Part shown: piece after piece, positions 27,739 to 41,177 of the stretch
How the letters are laid out: every line of letters starts with the position of its first letter
Position numbering within the stretch: the first letter of the stretch is position 1
Source of the DNA: the human T2T-CHM13v2.0 reference genome, Homo sapiens
Direction: 5' to 3' (one strand)
NCBI RefSeq assembly: GCF_009914755.1
Contig: NC_060939.1
DNA: 64,000 nucleotides
The notes under the pieces: model-generated
What the model saw: the letters and a program-made list of their open reading frames with translations, nothing else
Told to the model about the DNA's origin: nothing
Databases searched by the model: none
Made by a program: the position numbers and the translations under genes

Positions 27739-30647
27739 AACTGAACAAAATTGAGATGCAGAAGTTCATACAAAAGATCAATAAAACCAGCATTTGGTTC
27801 TGCAAAATAATAAACAAGATTGATAAACTACTAGCTAGATTTTAAGAAAGAAAAATAGAAGATCCAAATAAGTCAAATAAGTTTAATCAGAAATAAAAAA
27901 GATGACTACAACTGATCCCACAGAAATACAGAAGATCCTCAGTCTATTATGAATACCTCCATGCAAACAAATTAGAAAATCTAGAGTATGTGGATAAATT
28001 CCCAAAAAACACAACCTCCCAAAATTGAACAGAAAAAAGTGAAAACATGAGCATATCACTAAGAAGTTTCAAAATTGAATCATTAATGCAAAAAAAAAAA
28101 AAAACCCTACCAGCCAAAAAAATAGCTGGACCAGAAGGATTCAGAGCCAAATTCTACCAGACATACAAAGAACTGATATCAATCTTACCAAAACTCTTCC
28201 AAAAAAATTGAGGAAGAGGGGCTCCTTCTTAACTCATTCTGTGAAGGCAGCACCATCTTGATACCAAAATCTGGCAGAGACACAATGAAAAAAGTAAACT
28301 TCAGGCCAATATCACTGATAAACATAGACTCAAAAATCCTCCACAAAATACTAGGAAACTGAATCCAGCAACACCTCAAAAATTTAACTCACCACAATCA
28401 AGTAGGCTTTATTCCTGGGATGCAAGATTAGTTCAACATATGCAAATCAATAAATGTAATTTACCACATAAACAGAATCAAAAACAAAAACCATATGATC
28501 ATCTCAATAGACACAAAGAGAGATTTCAATAAAATTCAACATTCCTTCATAATAAAAGCCCTCAACAGGCTAGGCATAAAAGGAACATACCTCAAAATAG
28601 TAAGAGCCATCTATGACAAACCCACAGCCAACATCATACTGAATGGACAAAAACTGGAACTATTTCCCTGGAGAACTAGAACAAGACAAGGATGCCCACT
28701 CTTACCACTCCTAGTCAACATAGTACTGAAAGTCCTCACCTGAGTGATAAGGCAAGAAAAAGAAATAGAGGCCATCCAAATAAGAAAAGAAGCAATCAAA
28801 CTATTGCTCTTTGCAGATAATATGATTCTATATATAGCAAACCCTTAAGACTGCCAAAAAGTCTCCTGGGACTTCTCTAGCTGACAGCCAAATCAAGAAC
28901 ACAATCCCATTTACAATAACTACACACACAAAAATTAAGTACTTAAGAATACATCTAATCAAAGAGGTAAAAGATCTCTGCAAGGAGAACTACAGACCAC
29001 AGCTGAAAGAAATCAGAGATGACACAAACAAATGAAAAGACAGTCTATGCTTATGGATTGGAAGAGTTAATATCCTTAAAATGGCCATACTGCCCAAAGC
29101 AATTTATAGACTCAATGCTATCTCTATCAAAACACCAATGTCATGTTTCACAGAATTGGAAAAATTTATCCTAAAATTCATGTGGAACCAAAAAATATCT
29201 TGAATAGCCAGAGCAATCCTAAGCAAAAAGAACACAGCTGGAAGGATCAAATACCCAACTTCAAACTACACTATACAGCTACAGAAAACAAAACAGCATG
29301 GTACAGATACAAAAATAGACATATAAACCAACAGAACAGAATAGACAACCCAGAAACAAACCCATACACCTACAACCATCTGATCTTTGACAAAATTGAC
29401 AAAGATGAACAATGAGAAAAGGACTCCCTATTCAATAAATGGTGCTGGGATAGCTGGCTACCCATATGCAGAAGAATGAAACTGGACCCCTACTTATCAC
29501 CATACACAAAAATTAAGTCAAGATGGATCAAAGACGTAAATGTAATACCTCAAACTATAAAAATCCTAGAAGAAAGCCTAGGAAATACCTTCCACATCAG
29601 CTTTGGCAAATAATTTATGGCTAGGTCCCCAAAAGCAATTGCAACAAAAACAAAAATTAACAAGTGGGACCTAATAAAACTAAAGAGTTTCTGTACACCA
29701 AAAGAAATTATCAAAAAAGTAAACAGACAACCTACAGAATGGGGGAAAATATTCACAAACTGTGTATCTGACAAAGGTCAAATATCGAGAGTGTAAAGGA
29801 ACTTAAATCAACAAGCAAAAAGCAAATAATCCAATTTGAAAATGGGCCATGGACATGAACAGACACTACTCAAAAGAAGACATACAAGGGGCCAACAAAG
29901 AAATGAAAAAAAAAAAGTTTATCATAATTAACCATCAAAGAAAAGCAAATCAAAACCAAAGTGAGATACCACCTCACAACAGGCAGAATGGCTACCATTA
30001 AAAAGTCAGTTTCTCAACTGCTTTCCGAAGAACTTAAAATAGAGGAGATAGGAGATTTCTCAAAGAACTTAAAATATAACTACCATTCAACCCAGCAATC
30101 CCATTACTGGACATATACCCAAAAGAAAATAATTCATTCTACTATAAAGTCACATGCACTTGTATGTTCATTACAGCACTATTCACAATAGCAAACACAT
30201 GAAATCAACATTTGTGCCCATCAACAGTGGATTGGATAAATAAAATGTGGTACATATGCACCATGGAATAACATACAGCCAGACAAAGAACAAAATTATA
30301 TCCTTTGCAGCAACATGGATACAGCTGGAGGTTATTATCCTAAGTGAATTAAACAGAACATAAAACCAAATATTGCATATTCTCACTTATAAAAGGGAGC
30401 TAAACATTGAATACACATAGACATAAAGAACTAGAGACACTGAGGACTACTAGATGCAGGAGGAAGGGAGGTGGCCATAGGCCAAATACAACCTATTGGG
30501 TACTATGCTCACCACCTGGGTGACAGGACCATCTGTATGCCAAACCTCAGTATCAAGCAATATACCCTTGTAACAACGTTGCCCATGCATCCCCCCGGGT
30601 TGAAAATAAAAATAAATAAAATTTTAAAATAAAGTTGTGGATTCTAT

Positions 30648-30767
30648 AAAAGAAAGAAAAAGAAAAGGAAAAAGAGGAAGGAAAAAGAGGAAGGAAGGAA
30701 GGAAGGAAGGAAGGAAGGAAGGAAGGAAAAGAGAGAGCAAAAGGGAGGGAGGAAGGAAGGAAGGAAA
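30648..30767. repeat. Polypurine (GAAG/GGAA)n tract derived from the L1 tail
   Basis: About 120 bp of almost pure purine. Confidence 0.9.
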
Positions 30768-31334
30768 TGCTTTAAAAAATCATGAATTTTTAGGGACATG
30801 ATATTTTCTTTCACATTCCTGAGTGGTCAAATTGAAGTATTTTTGCCCTTTGAGGAGAGGATTCAGTGGACTCAGAAATAAACTTATGTCTATAGTTTTC
30901 ATATATAAAAATAAATCTTTTCGTGGCCAGGAAAAAATTAATACGAACGTGGCATTTGGAAGCTTTAATATGAATGTGACCACTGCTTGGGCAATCTCAT
31001 CTTTAAGCTACAAAATGTCCCATATTTCATCATTAAGTCTTCTTTAATCACATAATTCAAAAATTGTTGGGTGATAGCTATGTGAAAGGAATATGTATAA
31101 GAGTTTCTTTTTATTTGTAAGAAAGATGTGGAGAGTTAGCCTGGTGTCAAAAATGTTCTTCACGTAACTTCAAAATGACATTTTCCCTCTGATCTTAGTT
31201 GGTGTGACAAAAATTACAAACAAAAATAATCCTGCAACATTCTTTTCCTTTTATCATCCCTTTGAATATTTCCAAAAATATTTGGCAAAGCCTGAGATAT
31301 CTTCCAGATTTTCATGTACTCATTGATACCCATC

Positions 31335-31361
31335 CTTAAAAACCTGAGTCAGGTTTTTAAG
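31335..31361. repeat. 27-bp perfect palindrome centred on an AP-1 site
   Basis: cttaaaaacctga-g-tcaggtttttaag. Confidence 0.9.
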
Positions 31362-31710
31362 ATGATATTTTTACAAGAAAAAGGAGTCCTATCACATTCT
31401 AACTTAACTGGTTTTAGGACTTGAATTCTGACCTTGTAGAGGATTTCACATTTTATTTGAGATCAAATACATTTTTATTTTAATATTGCATCAGGACCCG
31501 CACTGCATAGACGGAAACCTATGATTTCATTGGATCCATGCATATTAAGCAGTAGAAACGAGGTCAAAAATGGAAAAAACAAATTAAGTGGGTCTTTAGG
31601 ATAAAGAAGGGCAATGTGGTAAAATAGAATGGAAGGACTCTGGTTTCATCCTTCCATACCTGTTTGACCTCGGACTGAGGTTTGATTTACTCATTAATAA
31701 AACAGAATGT

Positions 31711-31995
31711 GGCCGGGCGCGGTGGCTCACGCCTGTAATCCCAACACTTTAGGAGGCTGAGGCGGGCAGATCACGAGGTCAGGAGATCGAGCCCATCCTG
31801 GCTAACACGGTGAAACCCCGTCTCTACTAAAAGTACAAAAAATTAGCCAGGCGTGTTGGCGGGCGCCTGTAGTCCCAGCTACTCAGGAGGCTGAGGCAGG
31901 AGAATGGCACGAACCCAGGAGGCGGAGCTTGCCGTGAGCCGAGATCATGCCACCGCACTCCAGCCTGGGAGACAGAGCGAGACTCTGTCTCAAAA

Positions 31996-32025
<30 letters not shown>
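31711..32025 (+). mobile_element. AluY with (AAAT)n tail
   Basis: ggccgggcgcgg, atcctggctaacacgg, gagaatggc, gcggagcttgc; short TSD agaatgt. Confidence 0.95.
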
Positions 32026-32026
<1 letters not shown>

Positions 32027-32059
32027 GAATGTTGTAGGTTTTTTTGTTGTCATTCATAA

Positions 32060-32359
<300 letters not shown>

Positions 32360-32392
32360 CATAATTTTCTGTTTTAAACAAGAAATATATAT

Positions 32393-33048
32393 ATACCTAT
32401 CCCTTAGTTACAATCTGAAAACTTGAAAATCTCTGAAAGCCAAAAGGGATTTTTTGTATTTCACTGATGCAGAACAGAACTGAACTGAAGTTAATATGCA
32501 TACCTATCTTAGTTCATGTTATGTTGCTACAGCAGAATATCACAAACTGGGTGATTTATAAAGAACGGAAATTCTTACAGTTCTGGAGGCTGGGAAGCCC
32601 AAAGTCAAAGGGCATGCATATACTGTGGGCCTTTTTGCTCTGTTATCCTATGGCATGGCAAGAGGTGGAAGGGCAAGAGAGTAGTATGAGAACAAGAGGA
32701 AGAGGGCCTAACTCATCCTTTTATTAGGATAGCACGCCAGTGATAACAGTATTAATCTATTCATGAGAGCACAGACCTCATGACATAATCACCTCTTCAA
32801 GTTCCCAGCTCTCAAAACTTTTGCATTAGAGGTTAAGTTTCCAACACATGAACTTTGGGGGACACGTTCAAACGATAACAATACATTTTATCACAGAAAT
32901 AGTAATGTAATAATTCAAGATCTTGCCCACGTCACTAAAAGTGTTACCATAAATATGTACCATATTCAATTTCTAAAATTAAAAAAAAATGTGAATTCAA
33001 AACACATCTGGCCTCAAAGGCTTTCGATGTAAGGATTGTGGGCCCATA
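32393..33048 (+). mobile_element. MER96B-like DNA transposon split by an MST LTR
   Basis: atcccttag...aaaatctctgaaagccaaaag start; aaacacatctggcctcaaagg...aaggattgtgggccc end. Confidence 0.6.
32505..32880 (-). mobile_element. MST (D-like) MaLR solo LTR
   Basis: cagttctggaggctgggaag...aagtttccaacacatgaactttgggggacac; 5-bp TSD atacc/ataca. Confidence 0.85.
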
Positions 33049-33100
33049 CAGCTCTTAACAAAGCCTTCTTCTTTCCCTTTCCCATTTAAAAAGTTAAAAT

Positions 33101-34328
33101 AATGCATCTTGAGTTGATTTTTATATAGGTGTAAGAAAGGATTCCAGCTTCAGTCTTCTGTGTATGGCTAGCCAATTATCCCAGCACCATTTACTGAATA
33201 GGGAGTATTTTTCCCATTGCTTGGTTTTGTCAGCTTTGTCAAAGATTAGGTGGCCGTAGGTGTGTGGCCTTATTTCTGTGCTCTCTATTCTGTTGCATTA
33301 ATCTATGTGGCTGTTTCTGCACCAGTAGCCTACTATTTTGGTTACTGTAACCCTACAGTATAGTTTGAAGTCAGGTAATGTGATGCCTCCAGCTTTGTTC
33401 TTTTTGCTTAGGATTGCCTTGGCTATTTGGGCTCTTTTTTGGTTCTGTATGAATTCTAAAATACTTTTATTTCTAGTTCTGTGAAGAATGTCATTTCTTC
33501 ACAGGTTTGATAGGAATAGCACTGAATCTGTAAATTGCTTTGGGCAGTATGGCCATTTTAACAATATTGTGAAGAATGTCATTGGTAGTTTGATAAGAAT
33601 AGCACTGAATATGTAAGTGGCTTTGGACAGTATGGCCATTTTAACAGTATTGATTCTTCTTATTCATGAGCATGGAATGTTTTTCCATGTGTTTGTGTCT
33701 TCTCTGACTTCTTTGAGCAGTATTTTGTAATTCTCATTGTAGAGATCTTTCACCTCCCTGGTTAGCTGTATTCCTAGATATTTTATTCCTTTTGTGGATA
33801 TTCTGAATGGGATTGCCTTTTTGATTTGGTTCTTGGCTTGCTGTTATTGGTGTATAGGAATGCTGGTGATTTTTGTACATTGATTTTTTATCCTGAAACT
33901 TTGCTGTAGTTGTTTATCAGCTGAAAGAGTTTTGGGGCCAAGATTATAGGGTTTTCTAAATATATAATCATGTCATCTGCAGAGATAGTTTGACTTTCTT
34001 CCTATTTGGATGCCCTTTATTTCTTTTTCTTGCCTGATTGCTCAGGCTGGGACTTCCAATACTATGTTGAGCAGGAGTGGTGAGACAGGGCATAGTTGTC
34101 TTGTGCTGGGTTTCAAGGGAAATGCATTCAGCTTTTGCCCATTCAGTATAATGTTGGCTGCGGGTTTCTCACAGATGGCTCTTATTATTTTGAGCCATGT
34201 TCCTTCAATACCTAGTTTGTTGAGAGTTTTTAACATGAAGGGGTGTTGAATTTTATCAAAAGCCTTTTCTGTGTCTACTGAGAAAATCATGTGGTTTTTG
34301 TCTTTAGTTCTGTTTATGTGATGGATTA
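33101..34328 (-). mobile_element. L1PA (about PA8-13) ORF2 segment; inverted 5' part of a twin-primed insertion
   Basis: Minus-strand [25 protein letters not shown]...[10 protein letters not shown] (L1 RT). Confidence 0.9.
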
Positions 34329-34642
34329 TGTAAAACCCCAAATTATAAAAACTCTGGAAGACAACCTAGGCAATACTATCCTGCACACAGGAACAAGCAA
34401 AGATTTCATGACAAAGACACCAAAAGCAGTCACAACAAAAGCAAAAATTGACAAGTGGGATCTAACTAAACATAAGAGCTTCTGCACAGCAAAAGAAACT
34501 ATCAACAGAGTAAACAGACAACCTAGAGAATGGGAGAAAATACTTGCAATCTATGCATCTGACAAAGGCCTAATACCCAGCATCTATAAGGAACGTCAAT
34601 TTACCAGAGCAAAACAAACAACCCAATTAAAAAGTGGGTAAA
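34329..34642 (+). mobile_element. L1PA ORF2 segment, non-inverted part; 3' end missing
   Basis: [12 protein letters not shown]...KAKIDKWDL...[16 protein letters not shown]. Confidence 0.9.
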
Positions 34643-34709
34643 CAGCTGGGTGCAATGGCTCACACCTGTAATCCCAACTCTTTACAAGTTCAAGGCAAGC
34701 GGATCAACC
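34643..34709 (+). mobile_element. Alu 5' stub (~65 bp)
   Basis: gctgggtgcaatggctcacacctgtaatccca...gcggatca, then an abrupt end. Confidence 0.8.
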
Positions 34710-34845
34710 ACATACATAAAATTTTTTAATGTGTTGACAATGTTGCATTTTGATGCTCCCATCTCTATTTCCAAGTTTCAAATAACTTTAAAGTGTGCAG
34801 TGTTATAGGTCAGAATATGACAAAGGCATGCAATGTGTTTGTATT
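34710..34845 (+). repeat. Dispersed direct duplication B, copy 1
   Basis: About 90% identical to 36044-36177 by eye. Confidence 0.93.
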
Positions 34846-36043
34846 ATATTCTATTATATGTTAAATACTATATTATACGTTATTATATTTATTATATGTT
34901 TGAGGTTCTCATGTCAAAGCCTGGATGTTTAGGACAATAAAGAGTTGCTTTGTGCTTGGGGGAAAAAAGCAAGAAAATTAAAATAATTCAGCAAAATCAA
35001 GGAAGTGGTTAGAATGACTTAACTTCATTTAGGTCACCTGTTAAATTCTTCACTTCAATGGGTTTTTAAATAATTTGTTATAAAGATAGGACGTAGCAAA
35101 GTTGCTCACAAAAGTGTATTTTAGGAGTCCTGGAATTCAAAATAGTCTAAATAAATTGTCAGGCAATATGTTCAAGAAATTACAAGATACTAAAAGAGTA
35201 AAGCTGGCAAGTCATTAGAACACATTGATATTGTCTGGAAAGAAGAGAGGGCACGCCTCATCAAAAACTACCTCACCTTGAACCTGATTACAATACAATT
35301 TGTATTTATTCACTTAAAGTCCTCATCAACAAAACAGATCTACAAGCACTGATAGTGAATCAGGGTCCTATTAAGGATGAATGAATATTTTTTAAAGAAT
35401 GGTGGATTAATGGCAGTAATGTCCCTTTCTGTCAAGTCCTGAATGGGCTTTACCAGACTAAACAATACCTGTTTTTTACCTAATAAGGATAATACTGCTT
35501 GGCTTAGGACAAAACACAAAACAACGAGGAAGGGTTTAGACACTTGCAATCCCCAAGGTCTTGTAACAAAGGGCAGGGATTGCATCTCCTGGGTCCTGGC
35601 CTCATTCTTACATCAATGATTATGTTCTACCTCTCTAAATCCCTTCAGTGCACCATTTCATTTCTTATTCTCAACTGTTGTGTAATGAGCACCTGCCAAG
35701 TTTCTGTTAAATTTTTCTTAAATTTTCAGGCAGTTTCCAAGGTATCTCCCTTTTGTGATAAAAACTCTGCAATGTATTTCAGTGTATTTCAGGTGAGGAA
35801 TTTAAAATCCCACTCATAATTGTTTGAAATCTTCCCTCATTCAAGCTGTCAGAGCTTGACAGCCCTGGTTCTGTTGTTATGCACTATTAAATGGGAGCTG
35901 CTCTCCAGCCTAGGGGTACCTCTCTGTTTCAGTGGTGGGGAAATGGGTGAAGCTTATTGGGGATCCTTGGGGAAGGCAATGCCATATAAATGGGAGTTTC
36001 AGCAGAAGGAATGAAAATAATAAGTCCCTTTCTGAAAGCTCAG

Positions 36044-36177
36044 ACCTACAAAATTTTTAATGTGTTGACAATGTTGCATTTTGATGCTCCCATTTCTATT
36101 TCCGAGTTTCAAAATAACTTTAAAGTGTGCAATTTTATAGGTCAGACTATGAGAAAGGCACACAATGTGTTTGTATT
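36044..36177 (+). repeat. Dispersed direct duplication B, copy 2
   Basis: aatgtgttgacaatgttgcattttgatgctccc...caatgtgtttgtatt. Confidence 0.93.
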
Positions 36178-36753
36178 TTAAATTTGGAGTTTTCTTTAAA
36201 AGCCATAGAACAGTAAATGTTTTGAAGATACTATTTTCTGCATTCAAGTGAAGGTGAAGAGAAGGGGAAAAGATGTGATGATTTTTCCATCTGATTTCTA
36301 TTTCCGATAAATACCCTAATGACTTCTGCTGCAAAATGCAGAGGTCGTTAGAAAGCAGTGTTACTAATCTAGATGGAAACAAATTTCAGTCTGGGGCAGT
36401 AATACATCTTATAGCTCATAAACACATTGAGCCCAATTATCTTAATATGTTTTACATGATAAGAGCAATTACAAAATATCTGGAAGAGTTGATGTGCTGA
36501 GGGTAATTATTTTAATTTATTCACACTTAGACACTGAGGTAGGATATGAGATATACTTCCATCAGGACTTCTTTCTTCTGGAGACATTCATTGATTTGTT
36601 CATTCACTCATTCAATAAATACATCATTCACATTTTTCAGATATTGTGCTAAAGACAGGTAGCACGAAACACATGACAAAAAAGTAAATGTAAACTACCC
36701 TAAAGAGCTAGCACTGCAGTACAAAAGATGAAGCAGGTATATAAATAAAGCTA

Positions 36754-37318
<565 letters not shown>

Positions 37319-37326
37319 CTATCCAG

Positions 37327-37604
37327 GGCCAGGTGGACGGGGGCTCACACGTGTAATCCCAGCACTTTCAGAGGCTGAGGCAGGCAGATTGCTTGAGCTC
37401 AGGAATTCAAGACCAGCCTGGGCAACATGGTGAAACCCCATCTCTAAAAACCATACAAAAATTCACCAGGCATAGTGGCGAGCGCCTGTGTTCCCAGCTA
37501 CTCAGGAGGCTGAGGTGGGAGGATTGCTGGAACCCAGGAGGTTGAGGCTACAGTGAGCCAAGATTGTGCCACTGAGCAACACAGCAAGACCCTATCTCAA
37601 AAAA

Positions 37605-37662
<58 letters not shown>

Positions 37663-37744
37663 GAAAGAGGAAGGAAGGAAGGAGGGAGGGAGGGAGGGAG
37701 GGAGGAAGGAAGGAGGGAGGGAGGGAGGGAGGGAGAGAGAGAGA
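37327..37744 (+). mobile_element. AluJb with (GAAA)n(GGAA)n(GGGA)n tail
   Basis: gattgcttgagctcagg; TSD aagaaaactatccag/aagaaaactatcaag; tail 37598-37744. Confidence 0.92.
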
Positions 37745-39411
37745 AAGAAAACTATCAAGGCTGAGGTATGGTGTGCACCCAGACAAGAAGATCAGGAAGC
37801 ACAATGTACACATAGGGAGCAACAGACAATGTAGTCAGACCAAATGCAGAGAATACAAAGGTCAGGAGAGAGAAATCAAGCTGGAAAGGCTGGCAGGTAC
37901 CCAGGTCATGAGGGAGGCTTAGCGAAGAAAACACAAAGATAAGAACTTTGGACTTTACTACTAAGCACTGGGGAGCCATTAAAAGTTTTTGAGACTAAAA
38001 TGACATGAGGATATTAAACAGATTAATCAGTAAGAAGCATGATGGATAGACTGGAAAGGTCAAATAACTGAGCTAAGAGAACAAACTAGGCAGCCCCTGC
38101 CCTGGGTGAGGTGAGCACTAATTCAGGAAGAAGTTAACGTAGTGGCAAAAGGAGTGGATGGTGCCAGGGGTTTGGGAGTCTGAGGAGATCTGAGAATGTT
38201 GATAGGCTGGGCTGAGAGGAAGAGCCCAGTGAGAGAGAGATGATGGAGACACAAAGAATGTGTAGAAAAATGGTGGAGTAATGTCCAAACGGAGGTGGCA
38301 GCAAGGCGCAATTGGAGCAGGCTGGATTTCACAAGTAGGGATGGAGTAGGGATGGTGGTAGTCAACTAAGAATAAGGAGGCTTGGGGGCAATCAGTGATT
38401 TTATAAAGAAAGAAAAATGTCTACACCAACCAATGCAGGGGACAGGTTAGAAAAGAGTCTAGGAGGCGAGTGTGCACATTATCAGACAAAAAAGCACACT
38501 TCACTCATACTGGTAGTGCATGAAGTGGTGCTCAAAATTAAAACAGGCAACACCGCCAAATAAGGCCATGGTAGATTCGAATTTCCAACACAACACTTTG
38601 TGGAATAAATATACAGAGCTACACCTAAAGCAGCAACACCCTGAGAGTCACACAATTAGAAAACTATGTGATGGTTTGGTCTAAATGAAGTGAAACTGTT
38701 TTATGTGACCTTTCTCTATTAATTTAGCTAAGTTGATGTAGGTTAGGTTCTGTTTTGTTTTTATATTATGTATAGACGAACCTCTTATTTCACTATTAAG
38801 TAATATGTATTAAGTGACTCTGGCACAAGATACAAATTTTCTTCCCACATAAATCTCCTGTTCACAAAACAAGTATCAGAGGTAAATAAGCAAAGAAAAT
38901 GGCCAGGGAACAGCAGTGGATGATGGGTCCAGGACATGTTCTTTTGAGACCAGGTGCAAGGAGAGGCGCTGAAGGAAATGCCTGCCTCCTCACCCCATAC
39001 CACTCTTCAGAGAGGTGACGATTGTTCTCCAGCCCCAGGGGAGTAGGTTCATCAAATTTAAGCCCTCTCTGTCAGTAATGAAAAGAGCTGGCACTTCATT
39101 TTTTCTCCAATTTTGCTAACTACGGGTTCTCCCTCAAAGTACAGGACCACCACATTAGAGGCAGAAGGAAAGGGCTTAGCTCTCCACTGCACATTTTCTG
39201 AGAGATGGGAATGAATGTGTTTCAGGAAGACAGAAATTATTCATATGGAATACTGATCTTAAAAGAGAGGATATAATGGCTATGTGTTTGTTTACTAAGA
39301 ATACACCTAAAGTATATTATATAATAAGTTGCACTTTACTTTTGTGGAGTGCAGATTTTTTTTAAATGTTGCTACTATACAAATAGTTATCAATCATAAG
39401 ATTTTTCTCCC

Positions 39412-39792
<381 letters not shown>

Positions 39793-40264
39793 TCAAAGTA
39801 TAGGTCAACACGTGGTACTATAAAATAAAGCTTTACACTTCTCAGTGTTTGCTCTTATAAAATAAATTTTTAAAATTATATAATTACAGTCTAGATACAT
39901 GGATCCTTCTACACAGGATACATGACAAATAAGAACATTTTCCAGACAAAGAAGTCCACTGAGATGTAGGCATTAATTTAATAAAATGGGCGTGAGTCAG
40001 TGTTGCCTTGGGAAAACAGATGTTAGAGATGCTGGTACCCTGTGCTAGAATGTTTCCTCCCCACCAACTTTTTCTCCTATTTTAAGATGCCAATAAACAC
40101 CACACACAGAGGTGCTTATTGGTGTCTTGAAATAAGATAAAAAGCAGGTTAGCACTAAGCACTGGGAACAAAGAAACATGAGAAAAGTAAGCTGAGTCAT
40201 ACTTAAAAAAGAGATTAAGTGGAAAAGCCCCTGATTTCAAGAAACCCTTCTGTATCTCTGGGCA

Positions 40265-40840
40265 GTAAAGGATTAATTCAGCAGGCCTGGGCTGCTCAAA
40301 CCCTACACATTTCCGAGGTCTTCAAGACTGACCCTTGGTCCAACTCCTGGAGATGACTTTTTAGCCTTGAAGTATCCTATTTTTTTCTTTTTTTCACGAT
40401 GGAGTCTCGCTCTGTTGTCTAGGCTAGAGTGCAGTAGTGCAATCTCGGCTCACTGCAACCTCCACCTCCTGGGTTCTAGCGATTCCCCTGCTTGAGCCCC
40501 CCGAATAGCTAGGATTACAGGTGTGTGTCACCACGCCCAGCTAATTTTTGCATTTTTAGTGGAGACAGGGGTTTCATCATATTGGCCAGGCTGGTCTCGA
40601 ACTCCTGAATGGTAGTGATCTGCTCACCTTGGCCTCCAATAGTGCTGGGATTACATAAGTGAGCCACCAAGCTCAATCTGGAGTATGCTACTTAATAAGA
40701 GTGTCTTGCATGTACCTGAAGCTTTGGTCCATACCAAATAGTGCATGCTAACAATAGTGCATGCTAACAATGTGATTTATGGTGAACACTTGTTTTTGTG
40801 TGCCTGGGCTTTGGGCCACACTGTATCAGCTGGACCTCTT
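40265..40840 (+). mobile_element. MER68-like ERVL LTR fragment split by an Alu
   Basis: cagcaggcctgggctgctcaaaccctacacatt and atgctaacaatgtgatttatggtgaa motifs; 16-bp tandem duplication near 40737. Confidence 0.6.
40382..40678 (-). mobile_element. AluS
   Basis: Full dimer; imperfect TSD tgaagtatcctatt/tggagtatgctact. Confidence 0.92.
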
Positions 40841-40952
40841 GATCAGCAATTGTTGCAACCAATTTTTCTGACTTTGCAAAAGAGAGCCCACCCAAAGTAC
40901 ACAGGTTAAATCAAGTGGAGAATAAACCTGAATTACTTTGAATATTCAGCAC

Positions 40953-41177
40953 AGTGTGTGAGCAAAGTTACTCTAATAATTCTTTTTCTAATATTACTAT
41001 CATCTTTATGGAAACTCATGGAACTGTTTCATATTTAATACAGGCTTTAGGTAAAAATTGGTTAATTAAAATTAAAAAGCAATGTCCCTGTTTTGTGTTA
41101 GAAGAATAAACCAAAAGCTTAGTAATCCTCTCCAGATTCTATTCTATAGAATTATTATTATTTCTCCATTACTTCAC
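40953..41177 (+). repeat. Dispersed direct duplication C, copy 1 (225 bp)
   Basis: About 85-90% identical to 43283-43499 by eye. Confidence 0.93.

Noticed and set aside
38556-38565. CArG box CCAAATAAGG
   Set aside because: An isolated degenerate 10-mer is expected by chance in 64 kb of AT-rich DNA
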